Assembly (NCBI GenBank): GCA_040954595.2
Contig: CM082597.2
Coordinates: 1,346,886 to 1,410,885 of the forward strand
Length of the DNA: 64,000 nucleotides
DNA from: Balanoglossus misakiensis
Lineage: Eukaryota; Animalia; Hemichordata
Direction of reading: 5' to 3'
A program made the position numbers and the translations under genes. Shown here in pieces: positions 42,301 through 53,606 of the stretch. The notes under the pieces were generated by a model. The model was given only the letters and a program-made list of their open reading frames with translations. It had not been told where the DNA came from and did no database searches. Each line of letters opens with the position of its first letter. The first letter of the stretch is position 1.

Positions 42301-45300
42301 TGTGTGGGTTTTACAGGTCAGACTTCAGCATGGTTCCTGTTGGTTTGTTTCATAGTATAACTTTAAACCATGATTCCCACTCATACAGGAAACTGACATA
42401 GTGATTGAATCATCTTTCTCAGAAGGAAGTTTTCTGGGGGGATGTACTCCAAATGAATATGACGACCATTAAATGTATATGTATATGTGCACTCACACTT
42501 TGTACACAAGGTTGTCTGTCTACTGAAATCACCAGTTGACCTACTATTGAGTCTACTATCTAGCCATGATTTGTCTGCTTTGGAACTTGGAAGATAAACA
42601 TTATTGTGCAATTAATGTAGTCTAGCAAATGTTTTTCAATTCAAACAACACAAATTAATGTTTAAACCAGTTATCACAGAGCCGGAACAAAGTACATATT
42701 TCAGCATGATAGCTGCTTATAACTATCCAGATGTTCGTGTCTGACATGACGTCAGTTTGACGGACAGTCGATATTTCTGAAGTTGATCCATATGGCCGTG
42801 TAGAACTTCTCATAAAAATAGTTCGATACAAGGATATCCTGTTTACACTTCTGGGATTTCACTTGAAACCAACTCCCCTACCATTTTTGTGTTTTAGTAA
42901 ATTTTGCTTAAGTTAATGAGGTTTGACATGTACAAGGCCTAAACCAGTCATAGAGAGATGGGGATGATGGTACCAAATACTGCCTTGTACAGATCGAGCA
43001 GCACGAAACAGAACAACCTAGACTATGATACAGCAATGATACCTTATCGTCACTGATATGATTTCAGAGATAAATTACTGAAGTCAATTTTACATCAAAT
43101 TTGTTGCCAAATAACTTGGTTCAAGGTTGGGAAAATCTCAGCGTTATCATAGAATGCTACCATTAAAATATATAGACCTATTTTGACCATGACTTTGTGT
43201 ACAACACACTGAATGGAATTTAGCCTTGCAATCTCTGAAGTCATGATTTTGGTGAGTTCATGAACGCACGACCAGCACACGTACGTTCAGTATCTGAAAA
43301 CAATATTGGAGTAATTGTCCAGAAGTGACCCCCCCCCCCCACACACACACATCTACCATTAGACTCTCTCACACCCCACGGTTTGCTACAAGGCTCTTCA
43401 CTCAACTATTTACCAAATGAGAAGCCCCATATGGTGTTGTGTCGTGAACCTCTCGCCGGGCACACATGCAATCAGACCATAAAGCCTGCATGGACAGCGA
43501 GAGGGGCTGTGAGAGAGTCTAATCTACCATCTACCAGGCCATAACCAGGCCAGGCTGCTAGGCAAAACTGGCCACCTCTGGGAATTCCATGAGGTTGAAA
43601 TGACCACACATGTTTTTGTTGTGTGTACATTATATGCCAGCCCTACCTCATGGTCACTATTGACATTGGGCACACAGAAACCATTGTTTCACTGGTGAAC
43701 TGTTACAACAGACAGAGTTATTCTGTGTCGTATCAAATTTACTGATTGGTGGGTATCACCATGATATGATTCAACAGAACCCTTGGTTTGTGATTCAATG
43801 TCTACAGGGAGTTTGCCACACCCATACACCATAGTCAGCCACAAGTAATTTACATCACATCACGTCAAGGTCTGGCCACTCTGTTGAATTTAACAGCTGA
43901 TTAACTGTAATTTTAATTACATTGATCGTAATCATGCGTCATGGTTAGAAATTTAGCTTAATGAACTCTTTGATGGTATGTAGCAATGACTGAAACTATG
44001 CGATTCATCTCAACACTATAATATACTGTTTTACAACCTCAAGTATGGTGTTCTCACTGACACGAAATAATACTACCATAAATTTGTGGTCATAAATTAG
44101 AGGAGAAGTGAGTAATTGCCCTCCAACCAGCCCACGCTTGAATTTTCGTTGGCTATACAACAGAAACTTTCTTCATTACTATACGTTTACATGCTCCACT
44201 GAACTTTCCTCGATTTTGCAATTTAGAATTTCAATCTGGATGATTTCTACCATGAAAGGTGTACTGTTTCATCTACATTGTGTGTTTTATCAGACCACAG
44301 CACAGCCAACCTTATGTTATTTTCATAGTGACTTGATATCAAACAAGAGACTAGTTGACCTCTCTGGTTTACAGATCATATTTACTGCAATGACACTGTA
44401 ATGCCTGACTAGACCAGTACAATGCTTCTTTTGATCAGAAACTTGACCCTGAATTTTCATTCAAGTGGCAATAGCCATCAGTGAAACCATTTTATAGCCG
44501 AGTTGGCTGAATTTTGCACCATGAGAGTAGAATTAAAACTCCAACGTTGCATCGAAACCATAATTATGAAAATCCTGAATGGTAATTTGGTGGAAATTAC
44601 TTGTAACAGGAAACGAGTCCTGGGAAATAGTGCTAATTCAACAAAGTTTCAATCAAGACTGAAATTTTCTGGTTCTGTATTTTTTGAACTTGGTTTCAAC
44701 TGCGATTCTGTGAACAAAAATATGCACATCTGAACATGTCAACTATTGAATAATGATTTAGGTGTCATTTTACAATGTAGAACTATCTGGTATAAATTTG
44801 GCAATTTTATACCTATAATTTTATGGATCCATGTGTTGTGTTGATGCATGTATGCTTACAAAAATCTGATAGTACACTTGTTATGCACGACTTGTTTGAA
44901 AACCCTAGTCTACAAGACAATTCTGTGCTGCTGTGTATATGAGATCAATCATGGGTGTTACTTGCTGTCAAGATGCTAAGAAGTTGGAAGTGCCGATAAC
45001 GGAACTCTGGGAAAATCACTTAAGGTTTTTAAAATAAAGGAATGGTGCATGAAGCAAACATACAGTCCGTCGTCATACCAACAGTGTAAATACAGGGGAA
45101 ATAAAACAATGTTTTGGATTGGTTGAGAGAGAAGCAGGAGAGAAACAAGAGACCATATTGGACACCACATACAGAATTAACATGCATGAGAACACACACA
45201 TGGCATAATTAATGCCTAAATATTTGAGAAAAAACATGATAGAACCCAAATTTTCCATCCATAAACTAGCAGTATTTCATACAGGTACACTCGTAGACCA

Positions 45301-48267
45301 TATCTGAAGTTATGTCTTCTGAGTGTAATTTTGTCTGTAGTTCTAAATTTAATTTTTGGAAAATTTTGAGCTTGAACTAAACATTCTTTTAGAAAAATTG
45401 CCTCCTGAGTCTGAAAATGCATATTATGAATGTTTAAGAACCAGTTGATAATATGTGTAAGCTGGGGAGGACACAGACAATTAAAATTATTACTTACAAG
45501 CCCTCTTCACAGTTTCTGTCAAACTACTTGTTCCTTCACTGTTTGCTGCAGTACATGTCACGGTGACCTCTTCATCACCATCTTCATCTGTCAGTTCCCA
45601 TAACCTTGTGTTACCTCCACTCTGTCCATCCTCACTCGTCCAGGAATATGTGATGTCATCTGGATTGGCACTTGCCAAGCATTCAACTACCACTGTGTTT
45701 CCTTCCCAACTATCCTGAACAATGGCTTGGATTACAGGTGCATCTGTTGTTTTAGAACATGAAAATATACATCAGGGTCTAGGATGAGCATTCATTATAA
45801 GAAGTCTGCTCAGGTTGGGGTTAGGGTAACACATGAACATTTTAAAAAAGACAATTAAAAAACTTACGTAAGACATTCATCAAGATCTGCCAGCTCATTT
45901 GGGTCAGGCTTTCGTGTTGAAATGATTGACATTCCAGATTCTGCTGGTCATCAGATGCATTGAATGTGTACAAGAGAGAACCTGTTGTGTCATACAGCCT
46001 TGTATTAGTCCCAGTTTCTGTAATAGCATCGATTTGACTGGAGTTTGTGATGTCATTGTCTCCTATTGTCCATATAAGATCAGCTGGTGGATTTCCTGAT
46101 GTTGCTTCACATGTAAAAGTCTCTGCTTCACCAGCTGTGACAGTCTTGGTCTGTCCATTACTGTAATTATTAATTCGGACGCTGTCAACTTTATCTGTAA
46201 TCAAATTGATGTAATATATGAGCACTTACTATACACATATTACCTGGCTGGTCAGATCTGTCAACCTGGTCATGTAACAGTTTATAAACAGTTAACCGAT
46301 ATCTTGCACATCAGTATAAAAATTACTTATACCATGTGACAGTGATTTGACCAATCACACTTAAGAAAAGACACTTAGACATGTCACAAATGTATTCTTC
46401 ATAGCATATCATCCAGCTTAGGATCTGGACTGCAATTTAATCATTTTACCAAACCTTCTAGTTGCTTTTGACAGGCAGCAGTTTTTGATGCTAAGACTGT
46501 GTTGCATTGAATGCACTGTAGTGTTAATAAAATACCCCCTGCTACAGGTGCTAAAATCTAGCCTGACAGATACTGATTCAAAATATGTCATGTCAGATTT
46601 ACCAGAAATTCTATTTCTAACTTAATATAACCTGTTGATGTGATGGCTGACTAATAAAAACAAATGATACGGTACTTTGAGATAGGCTAGGCCATCATTC
46701 AACTGGGTTATCATGCAATATTAGATAGCAGGGTTGGTCTTGGTGCACATGTCAACTTTCTTTTTATCAAATGCACATGTCATTGATTTGTATACATTTG
46801 TTGTATCATGCCCTGTATATAATTTTCCTTTCTTCAGAATACACAAGTGCACATTACTGTAAATACAAGTGCACCTCACCATATTTTATGTGGATTAGAA
46901 AAAATAGCTTGAATATTATTATCCTTTAAATGATGATAATGTTCAGCGACTGCACATGCAAGTACCAGTAATATTCTTACCTAAAACATATAGTCTGGCA
47001 TGTGGGGATGCAGGGGTACCTTTATCTCCTGGCCAACAATCATAATGTCCATCTTCACTCAGGGTTGGTGACTTTGCAGTCAGTTGGAAGAAATCAAATT
47101 CTGGTGAGTTGGTTTCTACCAAGTATTCAATATCTGAATCATCAATGAAGGTACATGGGGAATCAATGTTAAAACACTGTGCTATTTGTTTCCAGAGATT
47201 CCCATCATCTCTACTGATTCCCCAGTATATTGACATAACACCAGTGCCACCACCCCAGGTGACACTACAGTTGAATGATGCACTATCTCCTGGGTTCACA
47301 TATACTGTATCTGATGGTCCAACCACTTCAATGTCCTGTGAATAACAGCTCTGAAATACTGAAAAGATGCATAAAGCAAAAAATTAGAATTTGCAGCTGT
47401 ATTCTTGTCGATCTCAGAAAAAATATCTGAGAAAAAAAACAAGATGTAGTCAAAGTTGATAAGTATTAAATTTAAATATGAAAAAAGCCGAGGTATAAGT
47501 TGAATTATAAAGTTCTAAGGAATGAAAACCGCACACACACACACATGCACACACAGGCTTGTCCATAATGGCACATATGCTACAGGGTACTATATCAGAG
47601 AGAGAAGAATACTGAAAAAGTACACTTTATTTTCAAGTTCAACTTTGGGCTTTTAAAATGTAACACTTGTCAGAAGTGTCATCAAAACGATATCTCGGAA
47701 ACGGACATACATGATGTATATCTAAGGTGGGGGGGGGGGGGGTAGTGGCCAAACCACAGGCACTTGTGGGCCGGAAAATGTTAGATTTAGCATAGAGTCT
47801 CTGAAAAAAATTGGGCTGTACCAATTCGTGAGTACAATGCAGCTGGAAAACTCTAGTTCCTTGTTGTGCCAAGCACGCGAGTTCAGCATCAAATTATTTT
47901 GGAGACTTATCCGCTAAACTAAGATTTTCCGGTTCTCAAACGCCTGTGTGTCCCACACTAGACAGTTTGTAACTGTGTACCCTAAATAGTACGATCAGAA
48001 AACGAATTGACAAATACAATTATGAATACGAATACAAAAAACTTTTTTCATACCATTATTAAATTTTATCAACATTTTCTGGGTATAAACGTCAAACATG
48101 AAACGCATATGAAATCAACATAAATCGTCTGAGAATTGACATCCGCCATTATCAGCGCACCATTACGGGAATCAGCATACAACACACCCATAGCTATACT
48201 CGATATAAAACTTACCTGTCAACCAGGTGACCCAAAAAATCGTTGAAAACACTGGGTTTATCTTCAT
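27215..48267 (-). CDS. Gene B: type I IgSF receptor, signal peptide + V + 3 Ig + TM + Tyr-rich tail + ITIM/ITSM/PDZ ligand (putative inhibitory member of a receptor pair), ~615 aa
   Basis: Exons: 48267-48216 (MKINPVFSTIFWVTWLT), 47358-46981 (V), 46194-45868 (Ig2), 45743-45498 (Ig3), optional 39722-39699, 32749-32459 (Ig4), 30151-30020 (TM, GCIIGISVGCAVVVLLIVILALWLFF), 29778-29745, 29574-29301, 27328-27215. All GT-AG and phase-compatible. The Ig3-to-Ig4 link across 12.7 kb is inferred. Confidence 0.8.
29301..29574 (-). CDS. Gene B Tyr/Asp/Pro-rich cytoplasmic exon
   Basis: PTHRDTPADVEMTT...GYDDRYDNDRY...RYDEPPEEYSPRYTDPP...YPNYSNPSSPNYSSYDRRQ; 10 Tyr; phase 2-0. Confidence 0.82.
31299..31371 (+). 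mobile_element. piggyBac-like MITE, copy 2 (left end truncated)
   Basis: ggttcagtccaaacccattg...ggacctctaaagaggaaacttggggtgaaaggg|ttaa matches copy 1. Confidence 0.6.
31565..31654. repeat. 90-bp element with perfect 21-bp inverted ends (MITE or hairpin)
   Basis: cggtacaaacaaaatcatgtg ... cacatgattttgtttgtaccg. Confidence 0.8.
32459..32749 (-). CDS. Gene B membrane-proximal Ig exon (Ig4)
   Basis: TVNQGETVDLTCTTDASVP..WEW..TLTIVGIQNTETYYCQ; phase 1-1. Confidence 0.88.
35874..35961 (-). mobile_element. piggyBac-like MITE, copy 3 (inverted, diverged)
   Basis: accccagttccctcttcagaggtcc is the reverse complement of the copy 1 core; ends in gtgaaaggg. Confidence 0.55.
39699..39722 (-). CDS. Candidate 24-nt micro-exon of gene B (S-TPPAPTS linker between Ig3 and Ig4)
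   Basis: GC-rich 24 nt in AT-rich intron, with a pyrimidine tract + TAG acceptor and GTGAGT donor; phase 1-1, frame-preserving. Confidence 0.55.
43360..43521. mobile_element. 162-bp MITE with TAG...CTA termini and a perfect 9-bp target-site duplication
   Basis: TIRs tagactctctcaca / tgtgagagagtcta; atctaccat flanks both sides (43351-43359 and 43522-43530). Confidence 0.85.
46981..47358 (-). CDS. Gene B V-type Ig exon
   Basis: PGDSASFNCSV..YWG..FQLTAKSPTLSEDGHYDCW..ARLYVL; extra Cys pair CFNIDSPC. Confidence 0.9.
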
Positions 48268-50459
48268 TGTCACAGTCGAAGTAATGTTCCTACAACCAAT
48301 TGAATATCCCTACAAATAATAGCAGAACTATTTTCAGTAAATACGGACGTGAAATGTGCGAAAATGAAACGTGAATTTCGAAGTTTAAATTAATAACTGC
48401 CACAGACCTATGTCCACTTAAGCAATACAGTATAGTATAGTAGTACAATGCAGATAGTGACGTTTTCCCGTGATGCAATGTGTGTTGAGTCGTTGAGGCC
48501 GACCACTCCCATTTACGCGCATTTTAAGGGCTTCCCTGCTTATTTACATTAACGAGATTTAGTGCAACGTGTTCAACCTCCTTGTAAATGTACTTGCGAC
48601 AGTTTACAAACATTGAAAACTGGCGCGGTGGACCAAAATTTCGCAATTTTCGATAGCGAGGATCTTGCTATCTTATATAAATAACATGGCTTATTCAGTT
48701 AAGCCATTGTAAAGCATTCGATCTTGTTCGTTTCTCCTACCTCAAACAAAGGCCATGAAAACTTGTTACGTCATTTGCACCCTGTGTTGATTTCACGGTA
48801 GAATCTAAAACAAGCGTGGTGTAACGGACTTAGGCTAGTAACAGACATAGATTTGGGGACGTTATACAAATAGACAGTTTTCTCTTTACGGACCTTTTAA
48901 AATGGGAAAAACTTACGTTTGTCATATAGGTCTAGGCCTATTCTGAACCAAACAGAACGAATAAATTCAAAAAATGCACGAAAACCTAAGCATTGGTTTT
49001 AATTTCGTATCGTGTTACCTTTTGCAGACGAGTGAATAAGTTGACCGACCGGTCCACTAGGTCAAACTCTGGTAGAAAGCCCTAATTTATGCCACGATGG
49101 GCTTGTATTTAGTAAAGTCTATCATTTGCCAGTGTTACGTGTACAGGTCTTTTGTTCCCTCATACCAAATACGAACCCGATTTTCATGACTACTAGTACC
49201 ACTAATTTTAAGTTTCAAAATCAATTCGCAACGGCGTTTTGTTCTCGTCTGGAGCTGGCACATGAGGGCGCCCATATCACCCGCTCTGTATAAAGGTTCA
49301 ACATTACCTGCAATAGTTCGTCGGAAGATGGCCGAAAGCGAAAAATTAACATCTGAGTCACTAATGCCACTTCAAAGAAAGGACAGGATTTTAATATAAA
49401 TCGAGAAAGTGCGGATTGACGGTAAATGTTTCCCGGGAAAAATACTGAATCTTGAACTAATACGATTATACGCAATTATTAACCAGCAATCCAATGCAAT
49501 CGGTAAATCGCATTGATAGAAACCATGTCGAATTTGGATAAATAGTAATTGGAAAATTGAATTTGAATCTTCTTGAGTTCATGGTGTATTACTCACTGGC
49601 GATATAGGCGCTGGGCTGCCTCGTTCTTGTACGAACAATGTTTGTTCTTGGGGGAGAAATCGTATAATACAAATGTACAGAAATGTAAGAGTAAGTTACA
49701 AGTTGATTTTAGACACATACCTTTTCGACGTCGGGGCCTTGTCTATGTAGTTACAAAACGACAGAAAATCAAGAATGGTAGAACGACGGACATGAAAATA
49801 AATTGGTCCCCTGTGTTGTGTATACTGCGCTCAACTGAACTGAGCTTCAGTGTTCAATGTTATTTGTAATAGGGCTTAATTAAATTCACCAATCAATTAA
49901 CATCTTGTTAATTAACCGTTAATGTGAATGGAGATAACGAGTTTTAAAAATTCGTGTTCACACATCGCCCGGTAGCGCCTGATTCGCACCCATTTCAGTG
50001 TCAAGTTCGCTCCTGTGATACCATTCACACATGATCACCAGTGCATATCTTGAAATGACATTATCTGTTGCTATGGTTGTTCAGCCCCTGGGACAGTCTT
50101 TTGTCTGTCTATGCGTGTCTGACACTGTACATCGCACTAAACGCGCGAAATTAAATCATTTGAAATTTACTTATGAAATATATCTTTGTGAGTTTTCTGA
50201 GAACGTTTGTCGTCAGTACGACGGAGATAATGCACCAGATCATGTATCCAAGGTGAAAGTATTTTTTATCTATGTATCAAATGTTGCATGTTGATGTGTC
50301 AAGTAACCAGCATGTCGTCTCAGCTTTACTACATATAACCAGCAACGGTTTTTGTCGACAATTGAACGCGTGTACTCTCTTTTCGCGAACCATCTTGAGA
50401 GAACTGTGAAAAAGTTGACAGTTCAAAGACCACATGTGAGTTTCCACGTGTCTTTGGTT

Positions 50460-53400
50460 CTATCGTTCCTCACACTCAGTATAGTCCTGTTGGGCAAACA
50501 AAAAGACAATGTTTTAGTATTTAGGTATATGGTGTTTTTACTCAGTGCGCAGAAAATTAAAATAGAAATAATTGCTTTACCAAATAGCTTCAACAAAACT
50601 TCCCATTAATGTGTACTGTGCAGTTACTATAATTGAAAAGATGAACTCGCCCATAAATTTAAGCGTAAATTTACTTACGCTGTCTTCGATATTTGTAGTC
50701 TTTTTAAAGTTTGGATCAGCTCTGTCACCAGTTTTCAAGTACACATCCCTCATATCTTTGTCCCCTTGTTCAATATTACTGTACGGTGCTCCCATGTCTA
50801 CATCGATGTACTCGGGGCTGGCAACTTTATCCTGGTTAGTCACGCGTAACTGAGTTCAACATATAACCGAAAATCACTATATTTGTTACTCTTATAGCTG
50901 CTGTCATCTATTGACTTTAAGCAACGAGAACATGTGTTTATCTTACAGTAATATCAGTTTTCGTTTTTGAAATATTGAATTCATACATACATTTGTATAG
51001 ACTGACGGTTGACGGTTCTTTTGTAGGTTTTCGTACGTTGATTCCTGTGACTTCACCGATTGAGCATTCTGTGAGATTTGGAAAGGTAGATAAATCTTGA
51101 AACACTTTTAAATCTATTTGAAATTGCATACTCATTACCAGGAATAAAAAGGCGTACGTGTGACTGTGTGTTTGTTAGGAAAATGTTTGAACTCAACAAA
51201 TGATCACATCACATTTTAGTAAAAGAAGTGAAAAAATGAAATGGCAAGCTTTAAGACTGTATGAAAATTACGCCGTTTACAGCGCCATAATCACCTTTGT
51301 TAACAATGCCAACAACCGGTGACCTCTGACCCATAATATAGCAACCACTGCAAGGAACAGTCCAATTACAATGACTAAGAGGCATGCCAACACAATTGTC
51401 GCAGTGTTACTACAAACGCACGATTGACAAGGGATATCTGAAAAGATAGAACATGATGACGTGTAGTAAGAGTTAAAATTGTTGTTCGTAATTTGAATGA
51501 AATATAAACCAAAAATTGATTCTAGAGATATATCTATAAACACTCACTACGGAGAAAAATGTGAAAACCTCACATACCTGTACTCAGTGTACTGCGGTAT
51601 TCCGTTGAAGAAACTAAAGTCGCCCTCTTCACAGTTTCTGTCAAACTACTTGTTCCTTCACTGTTTGCTGCAGTACATGTCACGGTGACCTCTTCATCAC
51701 CATCTTCATCTGTCAGTTCCCATAACCTTGTGTTACCTCCAGTCTGTCCATCCTCACTCGTCCAGGAATATGTGATGTCATCTGGATTGGCACTTGCCAA
51801 GCATTCAACTACCACTGTGTTTCCTTCCCAACTATCCTGAACAATGGCTTGGATTACAGGTGCATCTGTTGTTTCAGAACATGAAAATATACATCAGAGT
51901 CTAGGATGAGCATTCATTATAAGAAGTCTGCTCAGGTTGGGGTTAGGGTAACACATGAACATTTTAAAAAAAGACAATTAAAAAACTTACGTAAGACATT
52001 CATCAAGATCTGCCAGCTCATTTGGGTCAGGCTTTCGTGTTGAAATGATTGACATTCCAGATACTGCTGGTCATCAGATGCATTGAATGTGTACAAGAGA
52101 GAACCTGTTGTGTCATACAGCCTTGTATTAGTCCCAGTTTCTGTAATAGCATCGATTTGACTGGAGTTTGTGATGTCATTGTCTCCTATTGTCCATATAA
52201 GATCAGCTGGTGGATTTCCTGATGTTGCTTCACATGTAAAAGTCTCTGCTTCACCAGCTGTGACAGTCTTGGTCTGTCCATTACTGTAATTATCAATTCG
52301 GACGCTGTCAACTTTATCTGTAATGAATGCAGAATGAAATCAAATTTTTATTATTTTGTAAACGACTGTATTTTTCAGCGAAATAAGCATATCAAATAAT
52401 CATGCGTTTATATTACACATATATGCTAATGCGTGTATATACACATGTAATGGAAACACCAACTTCGGGACTTCGAGTACTCCGGTTATCCATACGACTT
52501 AAGCCGGTATTTACATACATAAAACATATAATCTGCCATGTGGGGATGCAGGGGTAGCTTTATCTCCAGGCCAACAATCATAATGTCCATCTTCACTCAG
52601 GTCTGGCGATGTTGCAGTCAGTTGAAATACATCAAATCCTGGTGAGCTGTTTTCTATAGAGTATTCACTATCTGAACCATCAAGGTAGGTACATTGGGAA
52701 TCTAAGTTGTAACACTGTGCTATGTTTATCCAGACATTCCCGTCATCTCTACTGATTCCCCAGAATATTGACATAACACCAGTGCCACTACCCCAGGTGA
52801 CACTACAGTTGAATGTGGCAAGATCTCCTGGGTCCACATATACTGTATCTGACGGTCCAACCACTTCAGTGTCCTGTGAATAACAGCCCTGAAATACTGA
52901 AAAGAAGAACTGAGCAATAAATAAGAATTCTTGTCTATCTCAGAAAAAATTCTGAGATAATAACAAGATGTAATCAAGGTTGATAAGTACATTTTAATAA
53001 ACATGACAAAAGCAGGATTGTGCAATGCTACATGGATTACTGTTGCAAATCTGAAGTATAAGTTGAATTAATGTCAATCGCACACACTTTCTGAAATACT
53101 GAACGTTGAAACGATGTATTAGAATTTGTAAGTCTGTAATTGTTCAATCTGTAGATTATTGGCTTTCGTTGTAATGTATAACCTGGTTGATCATATCAAT
53201 GTTGGAGGATGACAGCGTCACACATGCAGATTTGTTTGCCAAATTTAAGTATTGTAGTTCATTTATACGGTTCTCCAATTTACGAAGGTTGGCGATCGAT
53301 CGATTCTTGTGTGTTTGGCCATGAGACGAGTATTTCGAAAATTTATGCCAGGAGTTTGCGATATCGCCACATGCAGAGAACTTTGGTGGCGTAAACAAGG

Positions 53401-53606
53401 TAAACACTGTACAGGTAGATCAAAGTACAAAATGTACATGTATCGCACATTGCATAGGTGGAGACTGTCGACACAAACTCAATGCTTTACATGAGTAACA
53501 ACACATGGAGTTTGATGAGACTTGGCTGTATAATAGTATATTTTAAGAATTACAGAGTAAACCACTCACCTGTACAGAAAATTACGAACACAGCTATGAC
53601 CCTCAT
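50460..53606 (-). CDS. Gene C: type I IgSF receptor, signal peptide + V + 2 Ig + TM + ITAM-bearing tail (putative activating member of the pair), ~482 aa
   Basis: Exons: 53606-53570 (MRVIAVFVIFCT), 52896-52519 (V), 52317-51991, 51865-51578, 51437-51295 (DIPCQSCVC + TM), 51068-50991 (NAQSVKSQESTYENLQKNRQPSVYTN), 50849-50679 (LRVTNQDKVASPEYIDVDMGAPYSNI...), 50486-50460 (DYTECEER*). Total 1449 nt, all GT-AG and phase-compatible. Confidence 0.82.
51622..52324 (-). repeat. ~700-bp segment ~99% identical to 45500-46201 (Ig2 exon, intron, Ig3 exon)
   Basis: Manual comparison finds about 5 substitutions and one 1-bp indel; identity stops abruptly at both ends. Confidence 0.93.

Noticed and set aside
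50938-51135. ORF-track frame IDLKVFQDLSTF... as the cytoplasmic exon of gene C
   Set aside because: It is phase-incompatible with the best TM donor (phase 0) and with the next exon; the alternative frame from acceptor 51069 fits both sides.
45498-52896. Duplicated V/Ig2/Ig3 exons as Dscam-like mutually exclusive exons of one gene
   Set aside because: Each set has its own ATG/signal-peptide exon (48267 and 53606), and the upstream set has its own TM, tail and stop codon, so two genes fit better. Rare read-through chimeras cannot be excluded.
46900-53000. V(D)J-like rearranging segments with RSS signals
   Set aside because: The V exons are complete domains including the G strand and have normal splice donors. 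I saw no CACAGTG-12/23-ACAAAAACC next to them; scattered CACAGTG heptamers elsewhere lack nonamers.
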